From NCBI GenBank assembly GCA_965644295.1, contig CBFFRP010000073.1, forward strand, positions 50,839 through 114,838: a DNA stretch of 64,000 nt, in the 5' to 3' direction. Below, piece after piece: positions 12,435-26,725 of this stretch. The notes beneath the pieces were generated by a model that had not been told where the DNA came from, made no database searches, and was given only the letters and a program-made list of their open reading frames with translations. Made by a program: the position numbers and the translations under genes. Position 1 is the stretch's first letter; the number at the start of each line of letters is the position of its first letter. Origin of the DNA: Paraphysomonas bandaiensis. Taxonomy: Eukaryota; Protista; Chrysophyceae.

Positions 12435-13787
12435 TTAAATCTGGTGGTGGTGCGAAACAGCACCACACTCAAGGAATGAACTAATCTCATCTTGCGAAAA
12501 CCCAAGCACAGACTCTAATATATGACCAGTATGCTCTCCCAGGAGAGGCGGAGGAGATCGAATGGAGCAAGGGGTACGGGAAAATTTTACAGGGGGGGCA
12601 ACTACTTGTATATCTCCACACTGCGGGTGATGAACATTCTGCACCATGTTTCTTGCTTTCGCCTGGGGACAACATAGTGCTTCTTCCACGCTTCGCACAG
12701 GACCATAAGGAAAACCTAACTTGTCAAAAGAGGCATCCCAGAATCGAACGTCTTGGCGCAGTAAGATGGTTTGAAGTAGAGGTTCCAACACCTCACGGTG
12801 TTTAACCCGATTCGCGTTCGTGCTAAACTTTTCGCTGACCGCTCTGTTTTCGCCATTCCTATTCTCAGAAAAGAGGATTTCCTGTTCATCTTGTGTTAGC
12901 ACCCCGCAGGCTTGTAGTGCCTCACAAAGAGCCTTGAATTGGGCATCGTTGCCAATAGCAACGAACATATATCCGTCTCCAGCACAAGCAAAGGTTTGGT
13001 ACGGGACAATGGATGGATGTCCTGTTCCCCATCTCTTGGATGTGTCTTTGCCTGTAATTAAGTAGTTGCTAGCTACATTTACTAATGCAGAGAGTTGCGT
13101 CTCCATAAGCGAAGTCTCTACCCGTTGGCCCTTGCCCGACACCGTACGCTCTAGCAGCGCCGCATTGATAGCACCGTATGCCATTAGTCCAGTCAGAATA
13201 TCTGTCAGTGCAACACCAGCACGGACTGGTCCACCTCCTCGTTCTCCAGTAATATGTTGTAGTCCGTACATTGCAGATATAATACCATCATAACCTGGCT
13301 TGTCCTTGTAAACCCCAGTGCTTCCAAAGCCACTGATGGTGCAGTATACTAGACGTGGGTTAATACTGCTGGCGTGCTCATAACCGAATCCAAATTCGTT
13401 GGGCTTTCCCGTCAAAAAATTTTCGAGTAAAACATCTGCTTTCGTAAGTAGTCTATCCAGTATAACTCTACTCTGTGGCACCTTTAAATTTAATGCAATG
13501 CTCATTTTGTTCCGGTTGCAGCTAATGAAGTAAGCACTTTCGCCGTTTTTAAAAGGTGGTCCCCAAGAGCGTGTGTCGTCACCATTATGTGGCTGCTCTA
13601 TTTTAATAACTTCAGCGCCCAGATCTCCTAGCAATTGACTACAATAAGGCCCCGCCAATACCCTCGAAAAATCGACTACACGAATACCAGATAGAGGCCC
13701 CTTAGTGCTGGTGCATAACGAGCGGCTCCCACTGCTGTAAACTTCATTGAAAATGTGACAGCGAAGGCTAGACTTAGGTAAGTACAT
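12435..13787 (-). CDS. SUGCT: CoA-transferase family III (CaiB/BaiF), succinate-hydroxymethylglutarate CoA-transferase-like, mitochondrial; intronless
   Basis: GPLSGIRVVDFSRVLAGPYCSQLLGDLGAEVIKIE, DDTRSWGPPF, CNRNKMSIALNLK, PGYD, GTGHPSIVPYQ, PPLLGEHT; presequence-like N-terminus. Confidence 0.93.
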   Translation of the reverse strand: MYLPKSSLRCHIFNEVYSSGSRSLCTSTKGPLSGIRVVDFSRVLAGPYCSQLLGDLGAEVIKIEQPHNGDDTRSWGPPFKNGESAYFISCNRNKMSIALNLKVPQSRVILDRLLTKADVLLENFLTGKPNEFGFGYEHASSINPRLVYCTISGFGSTGVYKDKPGYDGIISAMYGLQHITGERGGGPVRAGVALTDILTGLMAYGAINAALLERTVSGKGQRVETSLMETQLSALVNVASNYLITGKDTSKRWGTGHPSIVPYQTFACAGDGYMFVAIGNDAQFKALCEALQACGVLTQDEQEILFSENRNGENRAVSEKFSTNANRVKHREVLEPLLQTILLRQDVRFWDASFDKLGFPYGPVRSVEEALCCPQAKARNMVQNVHHPQCGDIQVVAPPVKFSRTPCSIRSPPPLLGEHTGHILESVLGFSQDEISSFLECGAVSHHHQI

Positions 13788-14269
13788 ACTGATATAGGAA
13801 GTGACGATTAGGGGTGAGAAGCAACCACAGCTCTTCCAAGTTGTTCGGTGTTAAGGTGAGGTTGTGATGAATGTATGCTATTTCAACAAGCTGCTGTAGC
13901 TCTTCCATGCTATTTTTGTGTAGGTATTCCCATGGTATTCTAGGTTTTGTACATCATCCAATCAATAGGAAGTTCATTCGAAGAGAGTGCTGCGTATGAA
14001 GTGTATAGAGGTGTGCGTAGTATTCCATCCAATTGGCTGTATATGGTATACGAAATTCAAAAAGAAAGTGAAGTCCAAAGAGTCACACCTCACTCCACTC
14101 TTAATGTATGAGTGTAGAGCACACATTCCTATATAGCACTGTACTATACTGTACAATAGTAGAGATAAGATTCAGGTTAGAGTGTACAAAATTCCCATCA
14201 TGCGAGATTGTTGCCTCTGACATAATTGCACCGGTCACTGGTATGAGGGGATAGGCGACAACTGGTTCG

Positions 14270-17200
14270 ATGATTGTAGCAGACTCATCAGACGAAGAAT
14301 CCATGCCGTGGCGGCTATCACCAGATTATCCCGGATCTATGGCTTCATACAAGCGTTTCTTTGAGCCGCCCTCTCCTCGACCTCCTAATGCAGTCTCTGT
14401 AAAGGCGGAGATGAAGATGGAATTCAAGAACTCCTTTCTGCGGCCGATGACGAGGCATATAGACAGGTGTATACGACACCATCGACTTAAGGAACGAATG
14501 AGTAAGCTTGTTCGTGGCGCTGATGTGAACATATTCCCTTGGGTGGCTGCGGAGAAGAATGGATGTGCAATCGGTGATCAAGTGGATGTGGCGTTGGCTG
14601 AATACTTAGGCACCAGGGGAGTTGTAAAACGAGTCCTGCGTGGTGCGAACATTGCCATATATATGTGACGTTTTGACTTGTCATTAGGTCAACGTTATTG
14701 TGTGGAAATAAAAAAGAAGCGAGTGGTCCTGCCGGGTTGTCTCCTCCGTGTGGCCGAAGGGTGTGGCAATCGCCGGGAGGGTGTGGGATTCACAACCGTA
14801 CCAGTGGAACCCCGACGATGTTATCCCCCTGCATCTTTTAATTGTAACGATTTGGTTGAGGTGGAAGCACGCACATGGAGCGGGATTAACAAAGAAGGTG
14901 GTGTAGGAATAGTCTGTAAAGTTCACCCTCCTGTCAATCCCCAATCTAGTACTGTCGGCACAGATGATGAGGACGACGACAGGTATCCCACGTATGACGT
15001 ACGTTATGTGGTTAGTGGAGGGCGAGAGTTCCGGGTAGCAGCCAAGTATCTGTCACTTAAAAGTTTCGTTGATCGGTCTGAACAAAGGCGAGAGACCTTA
15101 GGTCGTTGCAAGTGAGTGTGGTGGAAAATATTTGTCGCACAGTTTCACACAAAGAATACGTTCAGTTTACCAGGTTGTGGATCTTTTGTTTTGGACTGCA
15201 AACACGAGCAACTGGGACAGAGGGCAGTAATAATTGCCGATAAACTACATGAGACGAATAAGAAGACTGGACAGCCGAAGAAGTCAGTCGCTGTTTGCCC
15301 GCCCAGAGTGGAACCGAAAATAAGAAAACGGCAAAAGGTTCATGCTATGAAGCTTGATGTTTGTGGCTGTTGTGTGTAACTGTGCATTCATCTTCGAATT
15401 TAAAAGCAACTTTTAGGCAATTCCTGTTCGGAGGAATAAAAGCTGTGAAACCTCTAAACCAGCGAAGCGTTTAAAGAGACGTCGTACGAAAGGTGAATCG
15501 TGTACTTTGAAATATGCTGGAAGCCACAAAAGGAAAGTGGTTGGTAGTTTTACAGGTGATTATGCAGTGTTAGAACGATTGATCTTATCTAAACTTTTTT
15601 CTTCAGATTTGTCGCATTGGGCCTTTGTAGATGAGGAAGACACGATGTTTGATGAATCCAGTGACTCAACGAAAATCAATAGACAACGGATTCGAGAGCT
15701 GTTGTGTGACAGCAGTAGCGATGACGAAGACAGTTTTCCCACACGCTCTTCTCTAGTTCGCGATTCTAATTTATCTCCTACTGTATCGAGTAGAGATACT
15801 GGAGCGTCATGTTCTGTCGATGAGAACAACGCGTCACCCATCTCTGCAGGACAACGACGGAGTAAAAATATTGGAATTGAAAGCAGCTATATTAGTTCCA
15901 AGAAATCATCAGGTGGCCAAAGAGTTGAAATATCAACGTGTTCAAGTCTGCATAACCAAGAGTTAGATAAACGCGGAGAGAGTATTATTATGTTCGAAAA
16001 CGCTGTACCTGGTAACGTCACCCAAGTCGATGATTCGATATCGCGCCGAGCGTCGAGTCATCGTGGCGTTACAGCGCCTCATGCCACAGTGCGGTGCACT
16101 TCTGGCATCTCCTCAAGACCCGTCGGTGTGGGCTCGTTGAAAGAAGTGCGACCTAAGCAAAGCGCTCATTCTCAATGTGTGCAAATAAATGTATCTGATG
16201 AAACATTCAGCTCTGCAACCGATGTGTTTACTGAAAGTGGTATAATGTTAAGTACGGCTGTTGCTGTGTCAGATGGATTGAAGCGTGTCAGGTCACACTC
16301 AGGTACGATTGGATATTGTTTCTGAATTGCTAATAACGTATCACTTCTTCAGAAAATGAGGCCCGAGGTTTATGTGAAGTTGAAGCCAGCTGTAGCACGG
16401 AACCTTCGATTAATCAGGACAGTGAAGATGCGTTTATCACTGCGGAAGGCCAGAATCTCCCTCCCGATCTAAAGGAGTACTTGTATGCGCAACTTCTTGG
16501 CTTGAGTGTACGGGATATGCTACGCCTCTATAAGGCCCGACTGAAAGAAATGGAGGGTTTTATAAACCAATGTCATAACTATAAACGTCAATTTGTGGAA
16601 CTTGGTATTAATTTAAGTGCGTCGGGGGCATTTGCTGCTAATTTTCTAGAAGAACTAGATAGTTTGAACCAAACCTTCAAGAAATTCAAAATGAATGTGG
16701 AGTGGCGTGTTGTTGACACGTGTAATGAAATAGCACGCCTGCTGGAGGAGTCGAATAACCTTTCTCAGAAACAACAATTAAAGTTGGAGAACTTTGAATC
16801 CGCGTTGGATCTAAGTCGTACTGAATTTGAGGAAGCCAAGCATAAAGTTAATGCAATTGTGCGAGATTTGGATACTGTGATATCCAGACAAAATGAAGCT
16901 CGAGATATTGTCAATGACAGTGATAGTGATAGTCTGCTCGAAAGTGAATATTACACCAGCAGTGATGAATCCGTTGGAGATGCAGTTGTCGAAGTACAGA
17001 ACCATGACCACACGCAATCCAAGCGGGAACATTTACGAAATGAGAATGCCCCGCACTTGAATTGTCCTACAAGACAAGATACCATCGATGATGACTTTAT
17101 TTCCTCAGAAGACGATGTGTTCGGCTCCCGAGAAGGAATGCGACGTAAGAGAAGTAAGCGTATCAAAGAACTACATGTTAGTGATAGAAACCTAGGCCCT

Positions 17201-20200
17201 TCGACTGTGGTTAGTGTTGATGTTACAAAAAAGCCAAACAAATATTATCGAGAAAAGAGCTTACTGCATATCGAAAACGCTATTAATTTAATGGCACGAA
17301 ATGAGGCGATTAGTTTGAGGGGAGATATGCTGTACTCTACCGACGAAACTTTTTTGTCGCTGGATGGTGCCTCCAACGAGCAAATCTTGCTGGATCTATC
17401 TGACCGAGAGCGTAGAAAGTTGTCAGCACAGAGCGCAGTGACTACGATACTTGCATCTGAAGAAGACAAATCAAATAACTCAATTTCTTGTCAGTGTTGT
17501 GATGAAACACCACTATTTAGTGTTTTAAGAGAGATATTCCTGTCAACTTTGGAAATATGTATGCGTTCGACTGGAGACCGTACCTGGAGAAAAAGCCTTA
17601 CATTAAGGCTACTACAACTCGACGTAATATGGCAGCAGTATGCGCTTTGGGACGTCGTATTGTGCGAGGAGTTTCTACGATTGTGTACTTGTTTAGAGAT
17701 AGAGTGTTCCGTCAATCTGTACGGAAGGAATTCTCGTTTCGTGGAAACGCTATCAAATTGGGCAGAGGAGTCAAAAGGCGCTGGGTGTGGATTGTTTGCG
17801 TTTCTTCGACGTAAATCAATATGGATCAAACTCGGAGCACATGTTGTTGACATTCGTTGTGCACGCCAAATGAATGTTGATGCACAACAAGTGGAACTGG
17901 ATGTGGATGTACTGCAGTCGCTTTTACGGAGTGCTGAGCACGGCTTATGGGCGCAGTTATCTCTTGGTCTAATACTCTATGCACAATACATGCCGGAAGT
18001 ACTCAACTTGCTGCTATGCAAATCGCCCTCTCCACTAACTGGAACCCATTTGCGAGAGAATGTCTTGTCTGAAGCGCTCGACATCGTATTTTCTTGGAAT
18101 ACACTTCAGGCAACCTGTTTCGCTGACCCAGAGCAGCTTGCTGTGAGCGCCTCTGTGCCTCATGATATAGCTGCCTCCTCCGAGCTTGGAAATTACAAAT
18201 GGGATACTTTCAACGCCTATGTGCTTCAGGCAACTATGTGGATTCGATACAATAGCGACGAATCATTGGTGTCCTATGTAGACGTATTTTTGCGAACTGG
18301 CCATTGTGCTGTAATTTCTACGTGTGGCACACCTTGCAGGGAGTCGAGAGAAGTCGTCACATTCTTGGATAGATCGATTTGGATCGCCACTGTTTTGCAC
18401 TCCTTTGTGATGTTGTCGAATACATTACTCTTTCAAACTAGTGGTCACGTCACAGTCGATGCTAACTGGCTGATACTCAAAGAGTTGAGCAGTAGTGCTT
18501 GTGACCCTGCTTCCATATCACTGTGGATGCAAAGGGTGTGTACTATCCTACCATTTTGGAAAACTCCATCCAACGGCTTTGACCTATTCAGGGATCTGTT
18601 AACAAGGCTTCTTGCTGATACCCCGTGGAGTGAGCATTGCCACGCTGGGGATACAGTTTCGAAGTATTCGAGCCCTGAGAGACTAAAGGCACTGGTCACT
18701 CTAGCAACCGAGTTGTCATCAAAACTCTATCGTAGTATAAACACTGCGGTACTTTCTCCATTTAGTGCGTGTGCTGAAAGTAATATACTTGCATTATTTG
18801 CTGATATGCTGGATGTGAGCCCTCCAGATTACATGTCATCATGCATTCTTCCTGTAGACGCCTACGGAAAACACATGGTAACTGCAGTCACTAACATATT
18901 CACGTATGGAATGCGACACATTCCCTCCGGTTCGACTGACTACAAGCGATTACAAAGTCGCGTGTGTAAGATGACCTCGCTTTGGAAAGATGCTCCAACA
19001 TTCAGTGTTGCTGTTGCTCTCGTTCATATATTCCGCAGCATCGTTGACAAATACGGTTGTGCGCTTTACACACATTCGTTTCACCAGACTTTAATCTCTG
19101 CATTGTCATACGAGAAATTCACCTCGGCCGAGAAGCTTTATTTGTCTTGGTTTGCGATCTACGCCCTGTTTGCCCCAGCACAAGTTTGTGATGCAGACGA
19201 AGTGTCTACTTGCATTGTGAAAGAAGGGTTTGATTATTTGTATACTACCTGCAAGCAGTATATCAGTGATATATGTGTGACGCAGATGATGGAAACACCT
19301 ATATCGAACGAATTAAAGGGTGTAGGTGTGATGGTGCTATTGTCTTGTTACGATGTACTGAATGGTGTATCAAAGCGCGGTTTCGGCGAGGGTGATGCAG
19401 AGAGAATGCGTACAGTATTTGTGGTTCTTAACCAATGCATGTCTTATGGGAATATCACTGAATCGTCCAGTTGGACCTGGGATATTGCGGTGGACCTCTT
19501 GTCTTTTTTCTACACCAGCCTATTACAGTATTTAGAGAAGAGTGAGAGAGTGTGCAAGGAAGCTGTGAGGTGAGAAATTGCTGTAAAGATGATCCATTGA
19601 ATAATGCTAGTACAGTACTGTCCTTGACTTACAGCGTGACATGTTGTCTACGATTCGATATGTTTTTAGTTCGATATTCCAGTCGTGCATAGCCACCCCT
19701 GATAAGAAAATGACGAATCATAGATACAACCGGCCTGAATGGACGAAGTGTATGCGAGTAGTTCGTGTGCTCTCGAGTATGTGCTGTACTGCTGTCTATG
19801 CAGTAATGGACTCGAAAGTTCTAGGTGATGTGGCTTTTCGACTACTTGATGTGTTGAAACTTCCTATTGAAGTTAGCGACTACCCATACGATATGTGGTT
19901 GAAGTGTGGGTTCTGGTCGCACATGTTTTCTCAATTTTGTTCAGATTCGACTCCTTTGGCTCGGCAAAACCGCCTTAGGATGCTTTCTCTGTTCACCCCT
20001 AATCATAGTGTATTTTCTGTGTGGGTGGGATGCATGACGACAATTGCTAGTGCTGGTGAAGATCATGCTTTTGAGACGACAATTGGGTTTGACACACTTC
20101 ACGAATACTTGCTGAGTCCAACGTTTTTGGAGAGACCGTCAGGACAGCGATGTCTTTTCTCTGAAGCCTGTGTGCGCCTTACTAGTATGATGTCCTTCAA

Positions 20201-21742
20201 CCCCAGAGATCGCTCTGGATACCATCAGGACATGTACTTGCGATGTATTCACGCTTTTGTTTTATCGTGTGCAGCCTGTGCAAGTGCCCGGCCTATGACT
20301 GAGAAGAAGGCCTTAAAAGAGTTGTGCAAACCTGTAGTGAATACAATTGACAGGTATGCATCCTAGATACCACTTCGGTGTTGTGTAATATGGTGTGTTG
20401 CCCGTCCAGGTGCATTACTTATATCAAGCTGACAGCATCTACCAAGTCATCCAAGCAACACGCCAAGCTACAACTGTTTGTGCAAACCCTAATTGGGAGT
20501 GTGTCGTGTGGCGCACTTGCTTCTCTTATGGATATTGATGATTTTATTACATTATTTCACTCAAATATATCGATTCCTGCAGATAATTTCAGCGTGTTTC
20601 TCAATCGCCACTGCAAACGTATGACTTTAGGATGCAGTGAGCCTTCACTCAGTGATGTACTTGTGCTTACTAACCTGCGGTACTATATTTGCGGAACTTC
20701 GTTCTTCCCATATCATCGTATACCCTGGAAGCTTCTTCTCCGGTGGATGGTGATGGCCCGACTCCATGCTCATCGTAGTGTACGAGAATTTGTGACAAGG
20801 GTTTGGTCCATTGCATTGTGCCACCGTGCTCATATTCCAGACAAAGTTCTCTACGACACAATTCCATTTTTGTGGAGCACGACCATAAAAGTTAGCGTTT
20901 CAGAATTTGTTTTACCGTCTGCATACGAGACGGCAAGACAAGAAATTAGTAACAATAAAAGTACTTTCGTAGCCGATCTGTCGAACCCCAGCTCCTCTTA
21001 TGCTAACCCCTACTACCAGCAGAAACAATTACAGCTGCTCGCAGTTTCAACGGCCTTCTCAAAATTAGATGCTCAAATCGCAGCTAAGTTGGGCGCATTC
21101 CGAAAATATGTTATGACTACGGATGGTGTGTGGACTGAGGAATCGCTGGAGATGATGAGTGGTGGATCCAGCCAGACGGCTATTACGTCAGCGTACCTCG
21201 ACCTCATCACCGATTATTCCTATCTTGTGATGAGTTTTGTACCGATCGAATCGGGGAGAGGAGAAGCGCTGTCTATCATTGCGATACACTTGGAACTTTC
21301 AGCTGTGGTGCATGCAATCAGGGTCCTTCTACTTGGCTTAGGGGAATCCGTGTCCGGAGTTTTGGGCGGACACACTGACGACGATGAGGGAGAGACTCTT
21401 GCTTGCGCTGAGGCCATGTGCAAATGTATCAAAGCTGTATGCTTTTTGGCAGCCGTCACGGCAAATTCAGTAAGAATCTGTGGCCCATGGACTGATATTT
21501 TACGCGCCTGCTGTAGTTCGATATTGAGTGACTGTTCCGACCTACGCTCCGTACACAGGATCGGAGTTGCGTACTTAACATCTATTCCACAGTCTAGCCA
21601 AGGTAGCTTGATAAAACTAGAATGTCAAAAACATCTTGATGTTCTGGATGAACGACTACTCGCAGATCTGGCATCATGTAGACGCGTGTTGTCGTTGTCA
21701 AGCAGGGAGAGTATTTTAAGTGGGATCCAAATGTTGCCGTAA
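14270..21742 (+). CDS. Very large multi-exon protein (>2000 aa): N-terminal Tudor/SH3-like barrel, disordered acidic region, coiled coil, long helical C-terminal region
   Basis: Consecutive same-strand ORFs (14270, 14678, 15116, 15507, 16481, 19641, 20378) separated by short intron-like gaps; DLVEVEARTWSG...TYDVRYVVSGG looks barrel-like. Confidence 0.75.
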
Positions 21743-22177
21743 TGCTATGTAGCTTTTAAATACTAGATGATTATATTTTACTCGAGGTTTCTTATTTATA
21801 TTAATATGGGAATGCAGTTCAGTATAGAGACTCATAGACTTCTACATTTGCTCGTTGCAGTACACACACAACGACGGCAAAATAGTTTCCTCATATATGG
21901 TGTCACAACCAGGAGTGCGTAATAATTAATTGGTGACTGGTATCCAACAATAATTATTGCAATATTAACCAAGCATCCAGTTATTGGCATTGCCTTCAAT
22001 TCTACTGCTGGATTTTAGAACAAACTTTTTAACTATTATCATTCCAATGATGTCGATTCGCAAGCAGAAACATCAATATTTCAAGGCATCATTCGCTTGC
22101 GAAAATCAGTCATAGCAACCTTCGCTCTCTGCTAAACAACCTCTCATCCCACACACTGGTGGTGCTATGCAAATTAT

Positions 22178-22430
22178 TCATGCAACGATATCGTGTTGGC
22201 AGTTTGAAGCATGCTTTTTTTGCGCTTGCGGTTGTCTTTAAGATAAACGAATGGCCTCGTCTTTTCCTCATCATCCTCTTTTTCTTCATCGAGGTTAAAG
22301 TACGTATACTGTCCCTTGTACTGAATAATAAAATGATAAAGTGACTATGTTCATACGTTCAAACTTCTATTTTAACAGAAAATAGGTTTGTACTACATCT
22401 GCAATATTTAAAGAAAGGAATAAAACATAA
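22178..22430 (-). pseudogene. Decayed paralogous C-terminal fragment of the neighbouring 4-TM gene
   Basis: VLFLSLNIADVVQTYFLL* versus VILLSLNIAEIVYARMLL in 22961-23485; in-frame stop; interrupted by repeat 22431-22712. Confidence 0.45.
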
Positions 22431-22712
22431 AACCACTTTCGCTCAATACTCAAAAGCTCAAAGCAAATGCAGGTAGCATGCAGAATGTTGATATACATGA
22501 TATCTGCTAACTTCAGGATTTTTGAGTCTTTAAGGTGAACATGCCTGATGTTTGATTTCAACAGGCAGTCCAGTACCCCGGATGCCCTTGAGGTGGGCCC
22601 ATTCCCGGATGTTAAAGCCTTGTTTACATATGAAAGGGATTCATGTCTGCTTTTGTCGTCGTTGTATGTGTGCAGTTACACTCCTTGTCATTTCTTATTA
22701 ACTTCAGGAGAC
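22431..22712 (-). repeat. Family H mosaic repeat
   Basis: 22431-22520 matches 29699-29775; 22528-22612 matches 60105-60220 in reverse complement. Confidence 0.6.
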
Positions 22713-22960
22713 CAGTCAATATAATCAGGAGATACCATTTCAAGGTATATCATTAAATACTACAGTACGAATACACTGTGTCGATATAAAATTCTGTAGG
22801 TATCGCTCTTCTTTTTGTAAAGCCCAATTGTGTTTTAGTGTCAAAGATGACATAGAGGCAGAGTTACTTAAATTGACTGCTGTACATAACATATAAAGCT
22901 CATAGTGTATTAATCGTACTCTTTTAATCATTATAAACTTCGTCATACTTGTATAAACTA

Positions 22961-23485
22961 TTATAAAGGTGAATCCTCAGGGTGAACTTGTATAGCAAGA
23001 ACAGACAGTAACATTCTAGCATACACTATCTCTGCAATATTTAAAGAAAGTAATATAACTAATATGACAATATCAACTACTCGCCAGTAATATCCTGCCA
23101 CAACATCCCAAACACTGGCAGCGAGAGATAAAAACAGTATAAATACAGCAATATAAAGGTATATGCGATAAATATGGAGTGCAGTACATCCACAGCACAC
23201 AACTTCATTCTTTCTCTTGACACAACTAATAGCATAGTAACATATAAGGCAGTATATAACGATATTAATGCATGACCAAATCAAATTCGGAACAGAGAAA
23301 TTAATGAGGCTAACTAAAGTAATGAGAATCTGAAACGCACACAAGCTTACGGCAATACGAATGATCTTTTGAGACAAACTGTTAATTTTCTCGTCGTAGT
23401 ATCCAGATTGTACATTCACTCCTGGAAATATATTTATAGTAATATCAGCAGACGATATTTCATGCGTGGTGTCATGCGAATTCAT
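22961..23485 (-). CDS. Hypothetical 4-TM membrane protein
   Basis: 174-aa ATG ORF with four hydrophobic segments and a Cys cluster VCCGC. Confidence 0.7.
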   Translation of the reverse strand: MNSHDTTHEISSADITINIFPGVNVQSGYYDEKINSLSQKIIRIAVSLCAFQILITLVSLINFSVPNLIWSCINIVIYCLICYYAISCVKRKNEVVCCGCTALHIYRIYLYIAVFILFLSLAASVWDVVAGYYWRVVDIVILVILLSLNIAEIVYARMLLSVLAIQVHPEDSPL

Positions 23486-23975
23486 CTTTGCAGGAGACTA
23501 GAGGTTGCTTTTTTGTCGACAAATGTAGGCCACTAAAGAGTGCACTCTCACTCGCACAAACACCCCACAAGCAAACCCAATATAATGAATTCTTGGCACT
23601 TATGCAGAGGTGATATGTATACCTCCAATATGTGTCTATAAATTAATGTGGTGGTAGTTAATGCCTCTCTCATCCGGCCATTAGACTACGAAACCGTTAC
23701 GAACGGAATACATTGTATTCCTGCTCGTCACTCTGAATATGTGTCTGTATACGACTGTTGTGTATAGAAGCAACTGTACAAGCTGAAGGAAGTCGAAGTC
23801 AAGTAATTATTCCGCCGCTGTATCTGCCCATAGCTCTCAATAGCCTGTACACCTGCATGAGCCTACACACATACATGTGTAATCATATGACTCTCACCGC
23901 TACCTCTGTGTGGGTCTACCCTTATCACCTGCAGATCTTATAAGTACATTGACTGATTCAATCACTCCACTGACA

Positions 23976-25906
23976 ATGGGAAATGGTCATGTCACACGCT
24001 ATATAGGCGGTAAGCGTCCTTTAAAGTACTTTACAGAGGACCTGTGGCCATCAAGTGAATCATCTCTCCGTAAACTAAACATAGACGAAGCAAGAGGATT
24101 CGAGATATTCAAACTCTTCTGTCGTATCGATACAGATGAGTCAGCATCATTAGAGGTGGATGAGTGTATGAGCTATTTTGGTGGGAAACGAACTCGTTTT
24201 ACTGAGAGAATATTTGATACAATCCGCACATCAGATGAGGAGACTGGACTCGATTTCATACACTTTACATTCACTGTATGGAATTATTGCACTCTCAATA
24301 CTGCGGGGATTGCGAGGTGAGGTGTTTGTTGTTTGTATGTTTGATTAATGAGACGCAGATATGTGTTCGAAATATTTGATCCTGATAATAACGGGTACTT
24401 GGAGCAGCCAGATGTCGAAGCAATGTACCGTATGTTGTATGACACTGAGGACCACGATACGAAACACATTCGGGCGATCAAGTTTGACCCAACTACTGGG
24501 CGCATTGCCAAGGATAAGTTTATGAAGCATATGAAATCGAAAAAGTTTGTAATTCGCCCGGCATTGGAGTACCAGAACCGTATGCGGAGGAACCTTGGCG
24601 GAGTGATTATGTGGGAGGGACTTACAGGATATCGTAAACGACATTTCTCAGTTTACGACAGCAAGGTGCTCCAGTGTTTTATTGTATGTTATTTAATGGA
24701 GCATTAATATTTCTGCCTTTTTGGTATCAGTGTACGACCCTGGAGGAGTCGTTCGTAGCAATTTTAGCAGCACCGGTGAGTGGAATGTCTCCCTCCTTTT
24801 TCTGCATTTTTAGCTACATGAATTTGTAGGATCCTAATGTTCCTGAAACGCAACCAGATTCGAGGGAATTGTTGGAACGAGAGAGATCCAAGCTTATGGA
24901 TTCAGTGACTGATGCAAAGCAGCGCATGAAAGAGTTCCAGCGGTACCAGGAAGACGAAAAACGTAAAAGTGCAATGAAGATGGAAGACAGAGCTGTTCAG
25001 CTGGCCTGGATGGCCTTTGAGGCGAAGAAGTATCAGTTCGAGAGTATGCACTTTGGTTTGGATGATATATGGGCACGACAAGAGGAACGGAATGCCGTGT
25101 ACGAGGTATTCGACGAGGCGGTGGCGGTGCAGAATCGTTATTGGGAAGAGCGAGGTCGAAAAGAGGAGTTTACGGCATATGGCTCTGAATCGGATAGAGA
25201 GGCACGTATACGGGATGTATTACGGACCGAAGAGGGACAGATGGACAGGGAGAGAGTAAAGTGGATATTGATCCTGGAGGCTGCCTTGAAGCGAGTCGCT
25301 ATACAGGCTGGAAACAGTGAGGTGAGTATTGCCTGGAAAGATAAAATATATATATAATTTGTACCATCTTCCACAGAAAGCACAGAACGATGTTGCGAAT
25401 TTAGAAGCTCAATTAAGTAAATTAAGAGATGGTTCCACGAACTTTCACCCGGCGAAAAAGCTAAGCCAAAAGTTTACGAAAAAGTATGACCTAGAAGACA
25501 TAGAGGAAAGGACCGACAAGTTGTTTGCGGAAGTGACAATAGAAAAAGCGATTGCAGAGATGCGTGAGAGTAGAAAGGAGTCTGAGGAGGAGCGTCTGAA
25601 AGATATCAAAAGGAAAGAATTTGATATCGCAACAAAGTACGGGTCTAGAAACACACGGTGGGAGACCGTGAATGACTACGACAATAACCGCATCGTTACA
25701 ATTAATGTGGACACGCTGAAGGTGAATATAAATATTGCGTGGTCTATTTTCTTGTATTGACTGCCTTTTAGGTATTGGACCCGAAAGCTGTCATATGTGA
25801 GCTCTGTGATGCAATTATTGAGCAAAATGACTTTAGATGCTATCAATGCAATGCACTAAGGAGCGCCAAAAATACGCCGTTTTTTAAACCATTAGGAGCA
25901 CTGTAA
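23976..25906 (+). CDS. EF-hand protein (possible N-myristoylation MGNG) with coiled coil and C-terminal CxxC...CxxC zinc ribbon, about 6 exons
   Basis: EF loops DTDESASLEVDE and DPDNNGYLEQPD; last exon ICELCDAIIEQNDFRCYQCNALR; GT-AG introns link the ORFs. Confidence 0.8.
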
Positions 25907-26159
25907 TTACTGTGAATATACTTTGATGACATAATATTTTTACTATTTCATCGGTACAACGTGTATATTAGTACGAACTACTTTTCGGATGTATGAACTT
26001 GTATGAATTAAGTCGCAAACACCAACTTTTTCACAGCAATCTCAGTTTTGCTGCAATATTTTAAAAAGTAGGTTTACCAGAGGGCTAATATATATTGCAC
26101 AGTATGGGACCGCTTTAAATTTTGCTGTTTGTAACCAATAAAATACTGTAGTTCTAAGA

Positions 26160-26725
26160 AGGGATGGGTATCAATTAATTGTCAATTATAAATCGGGATA
26201 TCAAATCATAATTGCAATTATAATTGACTCCAGCTAATCGAAGATTGGTGAAATATTATAATATCCATACGATTATCTCGCATAGCAATTCATTTAATTA
26301 ATTAGCGATATGAGCGATAAACTGGCACCAGTAGTCATTGCACGAGCGTTTTTTGAGAAAATATATGCTAATAACGAAGGCGTAGCAATAGAGACTGGGC
26401 AGTGCCGGGAGTGTCTTGTAGGAAAAGGGGTTCCACATTTGTTGCCATGATTGATCGCTACTTACTTCTATCTAATCAATTCCAATCATGCGAGTTTGGT
26501 TCGGACGTGTTAAATCTAATATCAAGTGAAATAGAGCATGCCAAGCTCGTGCAATTACGGGAGGAATTGGAATTGTTTCAACTAGTGCCCATATAGTTAC
26601 AGAAGGAAGAGGTGAACACCAGCTTGACCTCCACGATGTTCGCATATTGTTTGACGAACTCATCTTAAGGCACCCAATTGTCGAGCGTCATCTGGGCCAC
26701 AGTGCTGCTATAATTCATAAGGCTA
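26160..26725 (+). mobile_element. hAT family B remnant (left end plus transposase fragment)
   Basis: Degenerate end GGGATGGGTATCAATTAATTG; MIDRYLLLSNQ...HPIVERHL fragment nearly identical to 36696-36950. Confidence 0.7.
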
